From: Bigelowiella natans CCMP2755
Taxonomy: Eukaryota; Protista; Cercozoa
NCBI GenBank assembly: GCA_000320545.1
Contig: ADNK01000872.1
Span: 1 to 64,000 of the forward strand
Direction: 5' to 3'
DNA: 64,000 nucleotides
How positions within the stretch are numbered: the first letter of the stretch is position 1; the number at the start of each line of letters is the position of its first letter. This document shows positions 29,212 through 42,764 of this stretch, piece after piece. Under the pieces are notes generated by a model. That model was not told where the DNA came from, did no database searches, and was given only the letters and a program-made list of their open reading frames with translations. The position numbers were made by a program, and so were the translations under genes.

Positions 29212-30910
29212 ATGTCGAAGCTTGTCAAATCTTCCGATGAAGATCCTGAAGAGATCTTCGCCATCAATGCCAGGCTTGGAGAGGGATCTTATGGTGCAGT
29301 ATTTAAAGCTCTCGACAAAAGAGATGGCACCACAGTGGCGATCAAAGTTCTTCAGGTTGAGAACGAAGATGCTGCTGATCTTCAGAAGGAGATAAACATC
29401 CTTAAGGTTATCAAATATGTTCTGTGAAAGAACAATTTTATCTTTTGTAAAGAAGTGAAGTACGATCGTTAACTTTTTCACATTATTAGGAGTGCAAATC
29501 AAAATACATCGTTGCATACCACGGCAGTTATGAAAAAGATGGAAGAATATGGATTGCTATGGAGTATTGCGGCGCTGGAGCCATTTGTGATCTCATGGCA
29601 ATTTGTGAGCGTACTTTGGATGAGAAGCAGATTGCAATAGTTATGAAGCACTCTCTCTTAGGACTTGAATACCTTCACAAGCGGAAAAAAATCCACCGCG
29701 ATATAAAAGCAGCTAACATCCTCCTGAATCACGAAGGCGACTGCAAACTTGCAGATTTCGGAGTCTCAAAAGAACTTACAAACACACTTGCCAAGAGTAA
29801 AACTGTTATTGGTACGCCCTACTGGATGGCCCCTGAAGTTTTCACTGAAAAAAGGACTGGTTATGATGCGAAGGCAGATATTTGGTCTCTGGGAATCACA
29901 GCGATTGAATGTGCTGTCGGAGAACCACCTCATAGCAATGTCCACCCGATGAGGGCCATTTTCCTGATTCCAAAGAGTCCTCCCCCCACGCTTGGTGATG
30001 GAGATTGGTCAAGCGCGTTTAAGGATTTCGTGGCAAAGTGCTTAGTGAAGGATCCAAAACAACGCCCGTCAGCTACCGATTTGCTAAACCACCCGTTCGT
30101 CAAAAATGCTCCAGGGAAACAAATAATGGCTAGCTTCGTTGACGAGTGCATGCAGATGATCGATGAGTATAGAAAGAATGAAATGGAGGTAAATTCAACC
30201 ATTTTTAGATTTTCAGACATTATAGATTACACAGTAAACAATACTCTTATACAGGCTGCAAACGACGACTCAGACGAGGACGAAGATGAAGATTCCTCGT
30301 CAGATGAGTCAGATACGTCTAACACTGGTACTATAAAAAGAACAGGAAACGACGGCTTCAACACTGTGAAGGTAATATTATACCTGCTACTGCGGCCTAG
30401 TATTCATGTGTAATTTTTTTGCTGTAGATGACGTCAGGGAACACTATGGGCACGATGGTGGATAAAGGCACAATGAGGTATGATGCAGGCACAACTAACT
30501 TTGGAGGTACGACGAAGTTCGGAACCCAGAAATTTGGAGGCGATGACGATGACGAGGATGAGGACGAGGATGGCGATGAATATGAGAACGGCACAATGAG
30601 AGTCGCTAAGAAAGTTGGAGCAACCAAGAAAGTGAACAATAGTACACAGCCATATTTCATGAAGCACTATCTCCAAGGGCTGGGTAGTGACGAAAAGGAG
30701 AATGACACGGGTTTTGTGGGATACTATCAGAAGGGCCAGTCATTACAGGTCAAGCCTGGTGCTTCTATTATAGAAATAAAGCAGCAGATAATACTCTTAA
30801 ATGAAGCGAAAGAGAAAGAAATTGCAAAATTGAACAAATTTTACGACCAAGAAGTGGCAACGTTAAACGAAATGCTTAGGAAAAAGAATCAGGAAATTCA
30901 ATCAACGTGA
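29212..30910 (+). CDS. STE20-family MST/Hippo (Krs)-like Ser/Thr kinase with C-terminal SARAH-like helix
   Basis: Exons 29212-29406, 29490-30188, 30255-30371 and 30428-30910 are in frame. Motifs LGEGSYGAV, VAIK, HRDIKAANIL, LADFG and the STE20 signature TVIGTPYWMAPEV. Confidence 0.93.
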
Positions 30911-31099
30911 AATTCCCCCATTACACGCACGTTTCCATTGAAAACGACATTGTAATTGGATAGACATTATATGGCAGATTGAAGACCTTGAGCCCTGATT
31001 CATTCGTTATCAAGGTTCGGATCGTTTCCGAAGGACAAGTAGTCAACTTGATTGGTATCAATGCAGATTGTTCGATTGCAGTCCATGCCGTCAGCAATT

Positions 31100-32130
31100 A
31101 TGAATCATTGTGCATCTCCATCGCACATTACAAATGACATAGAATTGCATTTGCGAGATAGGCTCAAGTAGATTTCTTTTGCTACTTGTCAGTCATCGCA
31201 CAACTGTCAATGCTAGAATGCGAGTCCAAATGAACTATGCACGCACAATGTGAGACGGATGTAATGAAGTAATCAAATGTGTTCAATGGTCATCCTGATG
31301 TAGCTGTGCAAAGTGGCGGCTACAGCGCTCAAGTTGGATGCTGCAGACACAGTAGGTCTACATCCATTTCTAGTTTTGTCTCTGCTACCACATATTTCTT
31401 GCATGGTTGGCAAGAATGTCTTCGTTTGCACATGTGAACTGTGAAGTGTGGTTGCAGCAGCAGCAAGCTGTGTTTGCCGCCAAGCTGCGACAAGCAATAA
31501 CCCTAGCAGAACCATGCATGACGAGAAAATGAGATGAAGCCGAAGTGCAAGCGATGCGATGCGACTTTGCTAGTTCATTGGCAGCACAGCTCGCGCATCG
31601 CAGGCAATTGGAGCCATTCTAGCATTGTTGTGCATGCTGTGTGCTAGCTCATGGCACATGCTAGCATGATCGATGATGCGATGCACATGCGCACACATCA
31701 TGTCACCATGCATGGATCTGAGATCAGCATGCACATTCATCTAGCTAGTAGCTAGACATGCATGTGACATGTATACATGACACACTGGCAAACGCTAGAA
31801 CGTGTGGTCCGCACATGCACAGACGTGCCTAAGACTTGAGCTAGTTGAGCCATGAAACAATGTTGATCCAATGGAAAATGTGCTGCACGATGCTGGGGAA
31901 TGTCTTCAATTCATTTGATCAACAACTTGGTCATCTCTAGATCTACATGATCATTTTTGGCGCATTTTCCTTTGTCCAAACTAGCAAACGCCACGCAACT
32001 TGCACATGCACAACAAACTAACCATGTGTGGCATCAGAAACCCATGCATCAGTTTCAGACAAAATGTTGTGGTTATGTTTTGCAGAACAATGATGATCAA
32101 AATTGTTTTTCAAAATTTTGCAACAAATGC
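31100..32130. other. CTAG-insertion island C (convergent intergenic gap)
   Basis: Perfect units AATG (31209), CATT (31615), CATG (31657), AACG (31791), TTGAG (31836), ATCT (31933) and CAAA (31977). Confidence 0.9.
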
Positions 32131-32139
32131 CACAGAAAA

Positions 32140-32990
32140 TCACTTTTCTGTGGCATGCATCACATACTTCTCCACAAGTTGTTTTAGATAACTTCGTTCC
32201 TTCGATGTAAAAAACACAGTGACGTCATGGATCTTTCCACTTTTTGATATCAATGCATACTTCATCCAGCGCTCGTAAAATTTTTTCGTGGCTTTCTTTG
32301 CTATTGACTTATATGCATCTTTACTTACGTCCTGATGAGATTTAAGTGCTTTCTTCACTTTTATTGCTATTGCAATCTTGGCTTCTTTCTGTTGTTGATG
32401 GCTCGGTTTTCGATTCGACTTTTTCTTGTCTTTCTTTTTTGATTTCTTTTTTTTCTTTTTAGAGACGGATACATCGTCGGGTTCTTCGTTATAACCGTCG
32501 AAGTCCTTATCTACGTCCATAGAAGATTGATCTGAATCTTTAACAATAATGTTACTGTTTAATTTGTCCACGATATCGCTCGTATCATGCTGAGAAAGAT
32601 CAGATACCATATTCTCATTCTGCTGCTGGCTTTGTTGATTCGTGTTTCGTTGGAAGAAATCTGATTGCATATCAATTCCAATGTGCTTCTGCTGCTGCTG
32701 CTGCTGCTGCTGGTGGTGGTGCACACCTGTATGGCCCCTGTTTAATTCTCGGTTTGATTTGCTTCGTTTCGAGATATCACCAAGAATACTTGCGTCTCCT
32801 GTCTTGGACAAATAATTTCCTTGTTGCCTTTGATTACAATCTAGATCTTCCGTAATATTCTTGTGTGTGTATTTTCCTGTTTCAACACCTTTGAACTCGC
32901 TGCCGGTACTTTTTACCATTTTCTTATTGTCTCTTAATTCAATGTTCTCTGCTTTTGCGTCGTCGTTTGATGGGGGTATGCTGCTGCTGT

Positions 32991-33023
<33 letters not shown>

Positions 33024-34736
33024 AATACTTCCTCCGACTTGCATAGTCGACTCTAGAGCCGAATGTTCCCCTCCCATCACGACCGTAACGATCAGGAGAA
33101 CGTCGACGTCGTCGATTGCCATTTTTTTCTTCTTCAAAAGCTCTGTCCCTGGTTATTCTCCTATCTTGATATTCTACTTTTCTTCCCTCAGTTCTTCGAT
33201 CATAGTCACGACGTCGAGATGATCGATCATCGTACCCACGTTGTTGGTCATAATCGTTCTTATTTCCCCACGATTCTGTATATCTCCCACCAGTTTCTGT
33301 TCTGTTTGAATGATTTCTATTGTCTCTTCTTCTTGTCCTCCTGTCTGTCTCGTCTTCTGTGTACCGTCGCCGATGGGCCAGATCACTGCCGTACTCTGCC
33401 GATTCTTGCTTTCCATCTTCTTCAGTGTGTCGAATTCGTTCTCCTCTGTTTCCAGCGATTTGCCGCGCAGTAGTAATACGATGAGAAGGGCTTCTGCTAT
33501 TTCTGGAATCGCTGCGTCGGCGCTTTCTGTACACCAAAAATACTTTTTAGAACGAAGTCGTGCACATTCTTAGGTACATCATTTTTCTGGTGATAAAAGA
33601 GAAATGGAAAAGGACAGATCACCTGATAGATGAATTTGTATCATCCAGATTTTTTTGTTTGAAGTTTGAGATAGTACTAGGATGTCCCGTTGGTGGGTTT
33701 TGTTTGGAGTTTGTGATAGTTGTAGGATGTCCCGTTGTTGCTGCTGCTGCTGCAGGTGCCGTTGCTGCAACTAATACTGAACTGTTTGTCTCCTTACCCG
33801 ACGACAACAAAGATATGGTATTCATGCTAGATTTCTCTTCGGCCTTTCTTTCTTCTTCTGCCTTCTTCCTGCGCTCCTCTTTTATTTTCTTTATTATATT
33901 CTTGAGATCTCTTCTAGTCTTGATCATGTCTTCATCTTCATTACCATCTGTATTGGATTTCTGATGCATAGCTTCATACTTTGAAAAGGGGTTAAAATTT
34001 CCCGTGTTACTATTGCTCAATGAGGGTGAGATACCTGCAGCAGTACGTGATGCAAATTCAGAGCAAGGATTCGACAATTGCTACACGACGAGAATATTGT
34101 TGGAGTCACCATTATTTGCAGCTGCATCTCTTCGAAAGCCATGAACATTTTGGTGCTGAGAAGGGGTTTTCCATTAGACAGCAAATGAAAAAGTGGCCAG
34201 GATATGTTATTTTCGTTCGAGACGCACCACCTTGATATTGATGTTCAGAGTGTGTCCGTAACTTCCTTCCTCAACACGGAAATTTTGCTGCCTGTGTTGG
34301 CTTAAGGCTGGTGGCAACATTGAGGATTGCTTGTTTATCAAGGTTGAACTTACAAGAGCGGGACTGTCAGTAGAGGCTACTGTTCGTGGAGCAGACGTTG
34401 ACAGAGCCATTGAAGAAGTGTTGACACTTGATCGACGAGCAGACGTTGACAGAGCCATTGAAGAAGTGTTGACACTTGATCGACGAGCCCTTTGCAAACG
34501 CTCCAGGAAGTCGGTGTAATAAGGTCCTTTGGGAAATAAGAAAGAGAACATCTCATTACCCTTTTCTTTCTCCCTCACTTTTTCAAGAAATGCGTCTCCA
34601 TTGGGGCCTACTGCAAACCTAAATAAGAGGCAAAAAGCTAGTGTCGTACGAATCGATTTTGTTTCAGGTCATTGTGATAATGATACCGGACAAGATGATC
34701 TATCTGCCTCAGAATTCTTTCCTTGGAGAAAACCAT
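32140..34736 (-). CDS. SURP-domain, RS/RD-rich protein with C-terminal SCAF1/PHRF1-like (SRI-like) helical domain
   Basis: Spliced N-terminus MVFSKERILRQIDHLVR|FAVGPNGDAFLEKVREKEKGNEMFSFLFPKGPYY fits SURP. A long RS/RD exon is followed by KVKKALKSHQDVSKDAYKSIAKKATKK...LKQLVEKYV. Confidence 0.7.
34389..34484. repeat. Perfect 48-bp in-frame tandem duplication
   Basis: Two copies of GAGCAGACGTTGACAG...GATCGAC, encoding ARRSSVNTSSMALSTS twice on the minus strand. Confidence 0.95.
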
Positions 34737-35311
34737 CCTTAACCCAATCTCGAACAAGATGTATTATTCTGAGTTCGATTTAATAACTTCCCTTTTCCGT
34801 CCACAATGAGAAGTATTCAGATTCTCTTAATAAAGTTCTAGTTATTCCCGCTCAGTCTGATGTGAATGGAGAACAGGTAAGAACAAAAGGAGGAGGAAAG
34901 AGAGATTGGGCGCGCTCTAACGGTGATCAAAAGGAGGGAAATAACAGCTAGATCGTAACTGAAATGATCAACCCTGCATCCCTGTCCAATAATTAGTGCG
35001 AAGACCTGTGGACATCAGCCATTATTTATTTCATCAGCTGTGACGTAGATCGTGTCGCAGCACTAAATAACTAAGGTTATATGAGATCAAAGAGAAAATC
35101 CGCTTTACAGATTGTCGTAGAAATGATTTGAATGGATCAAAGAGCCTTCATAGCTACTATCAATGTATACAATATGTCTTAATATCCTGAAGCATCCAAA
35201 CAAATTCCCGCGTAAATAGAGCCAGGGCAGCCCAAAGCAACGATTTGCCACTCTCTACGACGAGAACAAATTGAAAAAAGAGGATAAAGGGGATAAAGAA
35301 TAACGAGCGGG

Positions 35312-35359
35312 ATGAGAAACCAACAAAAAGGTCTCGATTAAAAAAAATTGGAATGAATC

Positions 35360-35402
<43 letters not shown>

Positions 35403-37093
35403 TTCTCTCTTTCTCCTTGTCTGTATTTCCTTCTGTCTGTATTTCTGCCTGTCTTTATCTAACTGCTTCTGGCTCTTCTCTGCGCCCTCCTATTTGATTG
35501 ATTAAGTATATACCTTAACGATAAGGAACGTTCCTCCTAAATTTAGCAGAAACTTGTGTTTTTTGTAACTCAAGCCATCCAAATAAGCTGCTTATTTTAT
35601 TTCAGGCAATGCGGGAGGGAATTCGGATCCCAGTATTTTGCCCTTCAAGTTTCTCTATCCGTACATAAAAGCAGGGTTGGATGCGGGAGATCTCGTGACA
35701 GCCACATTTCTGAGTGAAAGGCTTTACTATTTATACAAGTCTGGCGTGTCGAAACACAGGTCCGCCAGCTTTATATCGTAAGCACTACTTAATCATAAGT
35801 GAATAATGTATTTCTGTGATATGAAGTGACCGCGCGATATTGCTCTTGGCCATGTGTTACTTTCGGAGTGGAAAAGCCAACAAGACGTACGCTCTATTAA
35901 GAGGCAGCATCGACACAAAATCTATTCCTCAACTCAAGTTCGTTTTCGCACAAACATGGTAATTCGGCAGTTGAACTTGGTCTAAAGTAGAAATATATAA
36001 GGCTTTGAATATTTTTTTGCTATAGCTTTGAGCTCAAGAAGTACAGCGAAGCTGAGAAAGCCCTCCTCGAAGATAGGAATTTCATGGATGTCGTGAAAAT
36101 GGGAGGCAGTGTTCCTCTTAAATCGCAAGGCTTCTATTTGCTCGGTCAAATATGCAGGTGACTTGTAGGCCAGTAAATACCATTAGTGGAGCTTCAGATG
36201 TTGGTTTAATTTTTCCATGAAATCAGACGAACAAGTCGGCTTGATCAGGCAAAGCTCTGCTTTCGGCGTTGTCTCGAGCAAAATTCATTTCATTGGGGAG
36301 CTTACTCAGCTCTCTGTGACCTTGGTGACAACAAAATATACAAGAAGTCTGTATTTTTATTCACTTGTTGATGTCACAGGGGACGATGTGGATATGAAGA
36401 AATGGGCTCGAAGAGATGAGATTCCACATGAAAACTTCAGCAAATTTTTAGAATGGCTCTCGTTCGACAACACTTCCTCGAATTCAGGAATGCAGACATC
36501 CCAGCCACTTCCTGTATTTCAAGAGACCCTCGCTTCTGCATTTTCTCCCGTAACCATGGAATCCGGGACGGCACACAACTTCAGTGATTCGTTGAACGAT
36601 TTCCACGAGATTGAAAAACAGTATCTTGCTGGTGCAGCTAAGGTTGATAGCAGCACAAATATGACGACGACGATAGCAAAGGAAAACTTCCATACACCAA
36701 AGCCTCGCAATATTTCTACTGCTCTTCCTAGCTCTTTTACTAAAACTGGTTGTGATGCAAATTCAACTTCAAAATCTGGTGCGAGTACTGGACGACGGCT
36801 TCTGCCTGACACTCCTTTGACGCCAGCATATACCACACCTCCTGCAGCAGCAGCAGCAGCAGCATCATCATCGGTAGTAACACCTATGGCAACTCCTCGG
36901 CAGTTTGGAAATACCAGTAGTAGAAGTTTTGCCAAACCGAGCACTCGATCGCACCGACGGACATCCCGAAACCAGGATACACAGGTGGTAATGTTGTTAC
37001 GTGACTGTTGTTGTTGTTATGCGAATATAAACTACTACTACCGCTACGACTACGAAGATGTAATCTTTTCGATTATTATTGTCAGTGCTTTAC

Positions 37094-37129
<36 letters not shown>

Positions 37130-37461
37130 CACCTCCTGTTTCTACAATAACTAACATGTAGAAATTGCTCCTGTGAAGAACGTAAGATATTTGGTTTTAG
37201 CCTGAATCTCGCCCCCTCCGACGGAGCGCACGAATAAGCGGGTCGTCGTCGTCATCAAGTAGTAGCAGAGGTTCCAACTCTCATCTGGATAGGACACCAG
37301 CACAAAGAATAATATCAAGGAGAAGAGGAGGATCTCGAAACGAAGTATGTGGGCATAGTAAACAATTTTAATTGTCCACACGGTGTACGCGTGCAATATG
37401 CCTACTACGTACGCAAGACACACATACACGTATACATTCCATTATAACTTACATGGATCAT

Positions 37462-37499
<38 letters not shown>

Positions 37500-39670
37500 G
37501 GGGGGTGCATGCGTGTCATTTTCATCCCCATCATTCCAACTCAAGGTTACACATTCCCCAGTTTTGCTTGAAGTAGCTAATTTAGAACTTGTTGTTTGAT
37601 AAACTCCAACTCCACAGAGAACGAAAAAGTCTAGGCAAAATTACACGAGAAGTTCAAGCCGTAGTAAAACTACGAGTAGTCAAGAAAGCAACTTGGGAGT
37701 AACTCCCACCAATAATGAATCTGATGGGAAGAAGAAGGGGAACAATGCTGAAACAACTCCAATTTTGGTTATTGGCAACACTTTGCACCCTTATGCATTC
37801 ATTACTGTGGTGTGTTCTTTCATGTTTGCTTATGTGGATTTCCTCTCAACCTAAACTTAATAGTGTGTTCTACATATGCATATGCTGCATAATTGCATAC
37901 AGGGTGGTGCTGCTGGTGCTACTAGTTCGACTCCCGGACTTCCACAAAATGCTCCCATCAAGCGTAAGCTCATGATACTACCGGGCAGCGGAGGAGGAGC
38001 TGGCATTAATACATCACATGATCAGACATCATCCGGAAAAATAAGCAGTAGCAGCAGCAATAACAAGAATTCTGGACTACTAAGTTCTCGAGTGAAAACT
38101 GATAATATCTCGGTGGTTCCGTTTCAGCTCAATGATGCCTCTGCCGCTGCTGTAAGGACTGCCAAATCAACAGCAGCGGGTCAAATCATTAAAGAAAATA
38201 ACGACGATAACGAAGAAGCAGAGGACTGCGGGGACACTAAAGATGGTGGAGGCGCTGCTTTTAGGCACAACATCGAAAGGATGAGGGATCTCCGTGTGCA
38301 AACAGCCTACCAAGTTGTCTTATTTCATTTTTCCAATTCCTTTTTTAGATTATAATTATTACTATTATTACTCTTATTATTATCCAGACTTTGAGTGTCC
38401 ATCTTTGATTCCATGATGATCCCCCCCCATATAGCAATTCGAAGACCTTCGTAATGTTCTTGGAACAATGGCACTTGGCTATAAACTTTTATGTCAATTC
38501 AAGTGCAAAGAGGCTGTTGAAAAATTCCAAGAGCTTAAAGCACCTCATGCACATTCTGGATGGGTTCTTTGCTGTCTTGGAAAATGCTACTTTGAAATGG
38601 TCAACTACCCGAAAAGTGTACAAGTATTCAGACTTGCTCGGCAGTTGGAGCCATATCGTTCTGAAGGGTTGGAGTACTTCTCGACTTCATTATGGCACTT
38701 AAAGAATGAGGTTCTTATAACTTGGTAGTAGTAGTAGTAGTAGTAGTAGTAGTCTTCATGGAATTTGTCTTTTCAGTCGCTCATTTTAGTCGGTTCAGAA
38801 TAGTGATGAGCATTCATTATATTAAATAATAATCAGGTGGAACTTTCATACTTAGCACAGAGTGCTGTAGAATTTGACAAGATGTCTCCATTGACATGGA
38901 TTGTGGTCGGAAATTGTCTGTCGCTTCAGAAAGAACACGACACCGCACTCAAATTTTTTCGGAGAGCAATTCAGCTCGATCCTCACAATGCTTGGGCTTA
39001 CACCTTATCTGCCCATGAATTTGTTGCCAACGAAGACTTTGAGAAGGCATTGTGCGGATTCCGACAGGCAATTGGCGAAAATCCACGCCATTACAACGCT
39101 TGGTACGGTATGGGAAATATCTACTTTAGACAGGAGAAGTATGATCTCGCCGCCTATCATTTTCAACGGGTACGTGTAAAAGAAGAAGAAGAATATGATC
39201 ATGATGATGGTGATTAGTTCTGAAACAAAGTTAATAGATTCCATCTGAATTGACCACTAATGCAGGCGCTCAAGATAAATAATAGAAACACCGTTCTCTA
39301 TTGCTATCTTGGTATGGTACTTCATTCGAGCGATAAATGTGATGAAGCTTTGAAGAACCTAACAAAGGCTGAACAGTTAGAGCCAACGAATTCTCTTGCG
39401 AAATACCAAAAGGCGAATGTATTTTTCAGTCTCCAGAGGTATCATGAAGCGTTAGAAGTTCTGAATCAAGTTCGTGATTTTGCCCCTAGAGAAGCATCAG
39501 TTCATTTTCTTATGGGTAAAGTTTGCAAACGACTAGGGAGAATAAATGATGCGATTCTACATTTTACAACTACTCTGGATTTGAATCCGAAAGATAAAAA
39601 TGTTGTGAAGTCTGCAATCGATAAATTGCATTGTGGAGACAACGAGTCACAATCATCTGAGGAGTTCTAG
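35312..39670 (+). CDS. CDC27: Anaphase-promoting complex subunit 3 (TPR protein); first exon tentative
   Basis: N-terminal TATFLSERLYY; long disordered middle; TPR exons GWVLCCLGKCYFEM, EGLEYFSTSLWHLK, WIVVGNCLSLQKEHDTALKFFRRAIQLDP, RHYNAWYGMG and APREASVHFLMGKVCKRLG. Confidence 0.93.
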
Positions 39671-39869
39671 TGTTCCGCAGAAGTGCGAACCGACCGAAAA
39701 GCGAGAAATGTAATCTGGGTACCTTTCGAATTGAAAATAATATGTCAAGATCTTACAGATCATTATTTTTTGTGGGTATGTGTCACGTTCGTTGGTTTGG
39801 ATGTGCAACGTTGTGACATTGCGCAAATCCTCGCTCTGATGCAGCAATTAATGCATAGCAGAAATACCA

Positions 39870-40760
39870 AGCATGGCTAGCTTAAACTTCCTCTTATGCC
39901 TGTGCTCTGCGGGACACATGTCTAGATGTTGCTAATGAGAGAGTTTGAATAGGACACCATCCTACATCTATATTGTTGTATACCATTCGATTCGCATCAG
40001 ACCGTAGCGCATCTGCATGCACGAGTCTAGATGTCCGCGTAGTATCAGTAGTACTAGAGTACATCCTCACAGAGCACCATGTGACCATGTGTGTGCATGC
40101 ATAGATCTTCAAGTACGACTACATGCAGCAAGATTTTGTTGCACTAGCATAGTTCGCCAATGTAATATGTGTCATATATATGTAGATTGCATGCTCTAGC
40201 ACTCTCTAGCTCTGTCTGTAGTTACATTGCACTCGCACAACAGCTACTGATATAGACACGTTACATAGCTAATAACATGCGTACGCGTAGTAGGTGCCCT
40301 TGCGTTTCATGACGTCGCACACCAAACTAGCAAAAGCAAAACATGTGTGTGCATTGCACAACGCACAACACTGCATCTCTATCTAGATCTGTGGCACAGA
40401 AAGTACGGATGCAATTATGCACGACTAGATGAGATACGCTGATACGCTAGCATGATGGGCATGTTGCAGCACAAATTCAGCGACACGTACATACACACTT
40501 GAGCACAAAGTAATATCCATGTCAATTCCACGTGTCCATCACAATTAGTTAGGCTGCTGCTTTGAGAGCAATCTAGCAATGCTAGCTAGCTAGAGCAATG
40601 CTAGACACCAGACACAACGGCCTATATGTACGTAGGCTTTTAATCAATTGCTATGTGTTTAGCACCGATGTGTAAAACACGTCAGTACTGTGCTTATTTG
40701 ATCATTATGTGAGCGTGCGCGCTCATTCTACGTGACATTTGTAGCTTATACTTGGGGTGT
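39870..40760. other. CTAG-insertion island D
   Basis: Perfect units ATGT (39918), AGTA (40050), CTCT (40202), CAAA (40323) and CAAT (40569), plus AGCAATG-(CTAG)3-AGCAATG at 40575-40600. Confidence 0.85.
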
Positions 40761-41239
40761 TTATAGGAATCAAGCTGCTGTTGCGGCGTCGCTCATCAAT
40801 TTATCGATCTATCTTCTGCAAAATAGAACAGAAATAACAACGACACATCTAGACACATCCAACAACATAGATGTGCATGTATACTGGTCTGCATAGCCAA
40901 GATACTAGAGGTGATGCCGTAATGAGTCGATGTTCGACACGTATTTCCATGAAGATAAATTTTTAGATCAGAGTAGCTTATAATACATTCAGCGAAGATT
41001 TTTTCGTACGATTGCTTCACTGCAATTGCACACTTAGCCTCGTTTAGGTCACGGAATCATACTAGACTGCAGTGCTAAAATTTTCATAGGGTTGAATTAT
41101 CGTTTCCCTCCTGGTCTTTGATCCATCCACTTAAACCGGAGACAAGAGATCCTAACATAAGCATGCCTATACAGGGAAAAGAGGGTTCATAAAGGTTGAT
41201 ACCTCGAGTTGTTCTGAAATTATGACTTTAGATGCTATA

Positions 41240-42314
41240 TTATATTCTATTTCAGTAGGGTACCTAGTGCAGGTTGGAACACCAACGGCCACAAAGCATA
41301 CCTAAAAGAACATTACAAATGACTGAGAAAAGCTGGTAATATGATGCTTAATGAAAAAGTTAGCAAACCATGCAAGATAGATAGACTCGGTCTTAAATAT
41401 GAACTTCCCAGCAATCCCAGCCGCTAACCAAGCCAAACCTTGATTGTATGCTTGTGTTTTTTATGGAAGCTTTACAGTCAGGGTATATATTAACCAATAC
41501 AATTGACATTCTAATGATGATTCTTGTTTTATGCAGTTGACTGAAAACAACTACATCCTTCACATTTTGGTCATGGTAATGAGTTCCTTTCAATCATGGG
41601 TCAATCATGGGCAATAATGATCTTCTTAATTGTCAATCGCTTACTTGCTAGGACAAAAAAAAAGTCTGCAATGAGAAACGTATCAATGGAGCTTTTGAGA
41701 CTATCGAATGAAATAGCTACGTCCATCTTTATCAGGGTAGAGGAAGTAGGACACGACGTGGAAAGCACGAAACAACAAAGGAATTATTATCAGAAAATGA
41801 TTAACATCTAGAGAGAAGGGGTGGGGGAGAATAAAGACGGGATGTCCACACAATGTAATGCATGGGATCACTAAAGGTGTGCGCGTGCGCGCGCGTGTGT
41901 GTGTCCTCGTAAATCTTAAATAGGTATGTTCATTCAGACTCAAATAAAATGCAAAATTATCACATGATAGAGTACATTGGAATTTTCAGGAAGTTGTTGA
42001 TCCTCAAGTCTTCTTTGCCTTTCGGTCTCCATTTCGAGTTTCTCATACGGATTAACATCGGAGTCCCTCTCGGAGTCGCTACTAGATGAAGCCCTCAGCC
42101 TCGGAGGTTGATGGCCGCGTCGGTGTGCGGTAATTCTTACTCCAAAAATGTGGGGAGGCAATGGCCGACTCCTTGTTCCTGTGAGTGGCTTCGAGTGGCA
42201 TTGACGTGAGGGCAATGTTGCTAATGTTTTCAATGAGATCAGCGCAAGTGAAAAGAGGAGCATGCTGACTCGTTCTCTATTTCGATGTTTTCTATCGTGT
42301 GGGTTAAAACTCAA
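41240..42314 (-). CDS. Hypothetical protein; hydrophobic stretch followed by an Arg/Ser-rich segment (possible bipartite organellar targeting signal)
   Basis: ORF 41940-42314 reads MLLFSLALISLKTLATL...AHRRGHQPPRLRASSSSDS, then a charged region. Downstream exons are unresolved. Confidence 0.35.
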
Positions 42315-42619
42315 GTTGTGTGGATGGTGTGGTTGGTAGTTATTGTCTTCCTCTTGAGATCTCCCTTCGGGTGTAGGTGAGGGGTAGGGGTCTCTTGGAA
42401 TGATGTTGTTGTAGTTGTTGTAGTAGTAGTAGTAGTTGTTGTTGTTGTTGTTGTTGTTGTTGTTGATGATGATGTTTGTTAGTTAGTTAGTTATTCTGTT
42501 CGCGTCCTTGACTTCCCAGCTATGTTAGTGGATGTTGTCTCATAACGGACATTGCGAAAGTCAAAAATTGTATGATAAAACATAGTAAAATTTTTGACTT
42601 ATAGGACTAATAAACGTAG

Positions 42620-42651
<32 letters not shown>

Positions 42652-42764
42652 GAGTTGTTGAGTTGTTGCAGGAAGTAGTCAAACCCATCAACGTCGGCAT
42701 CGTTCATGTTCCCGACCCTGAAAGGACTACGTAGATCTACCAAGTCATGCCATTTTGGCAAACC

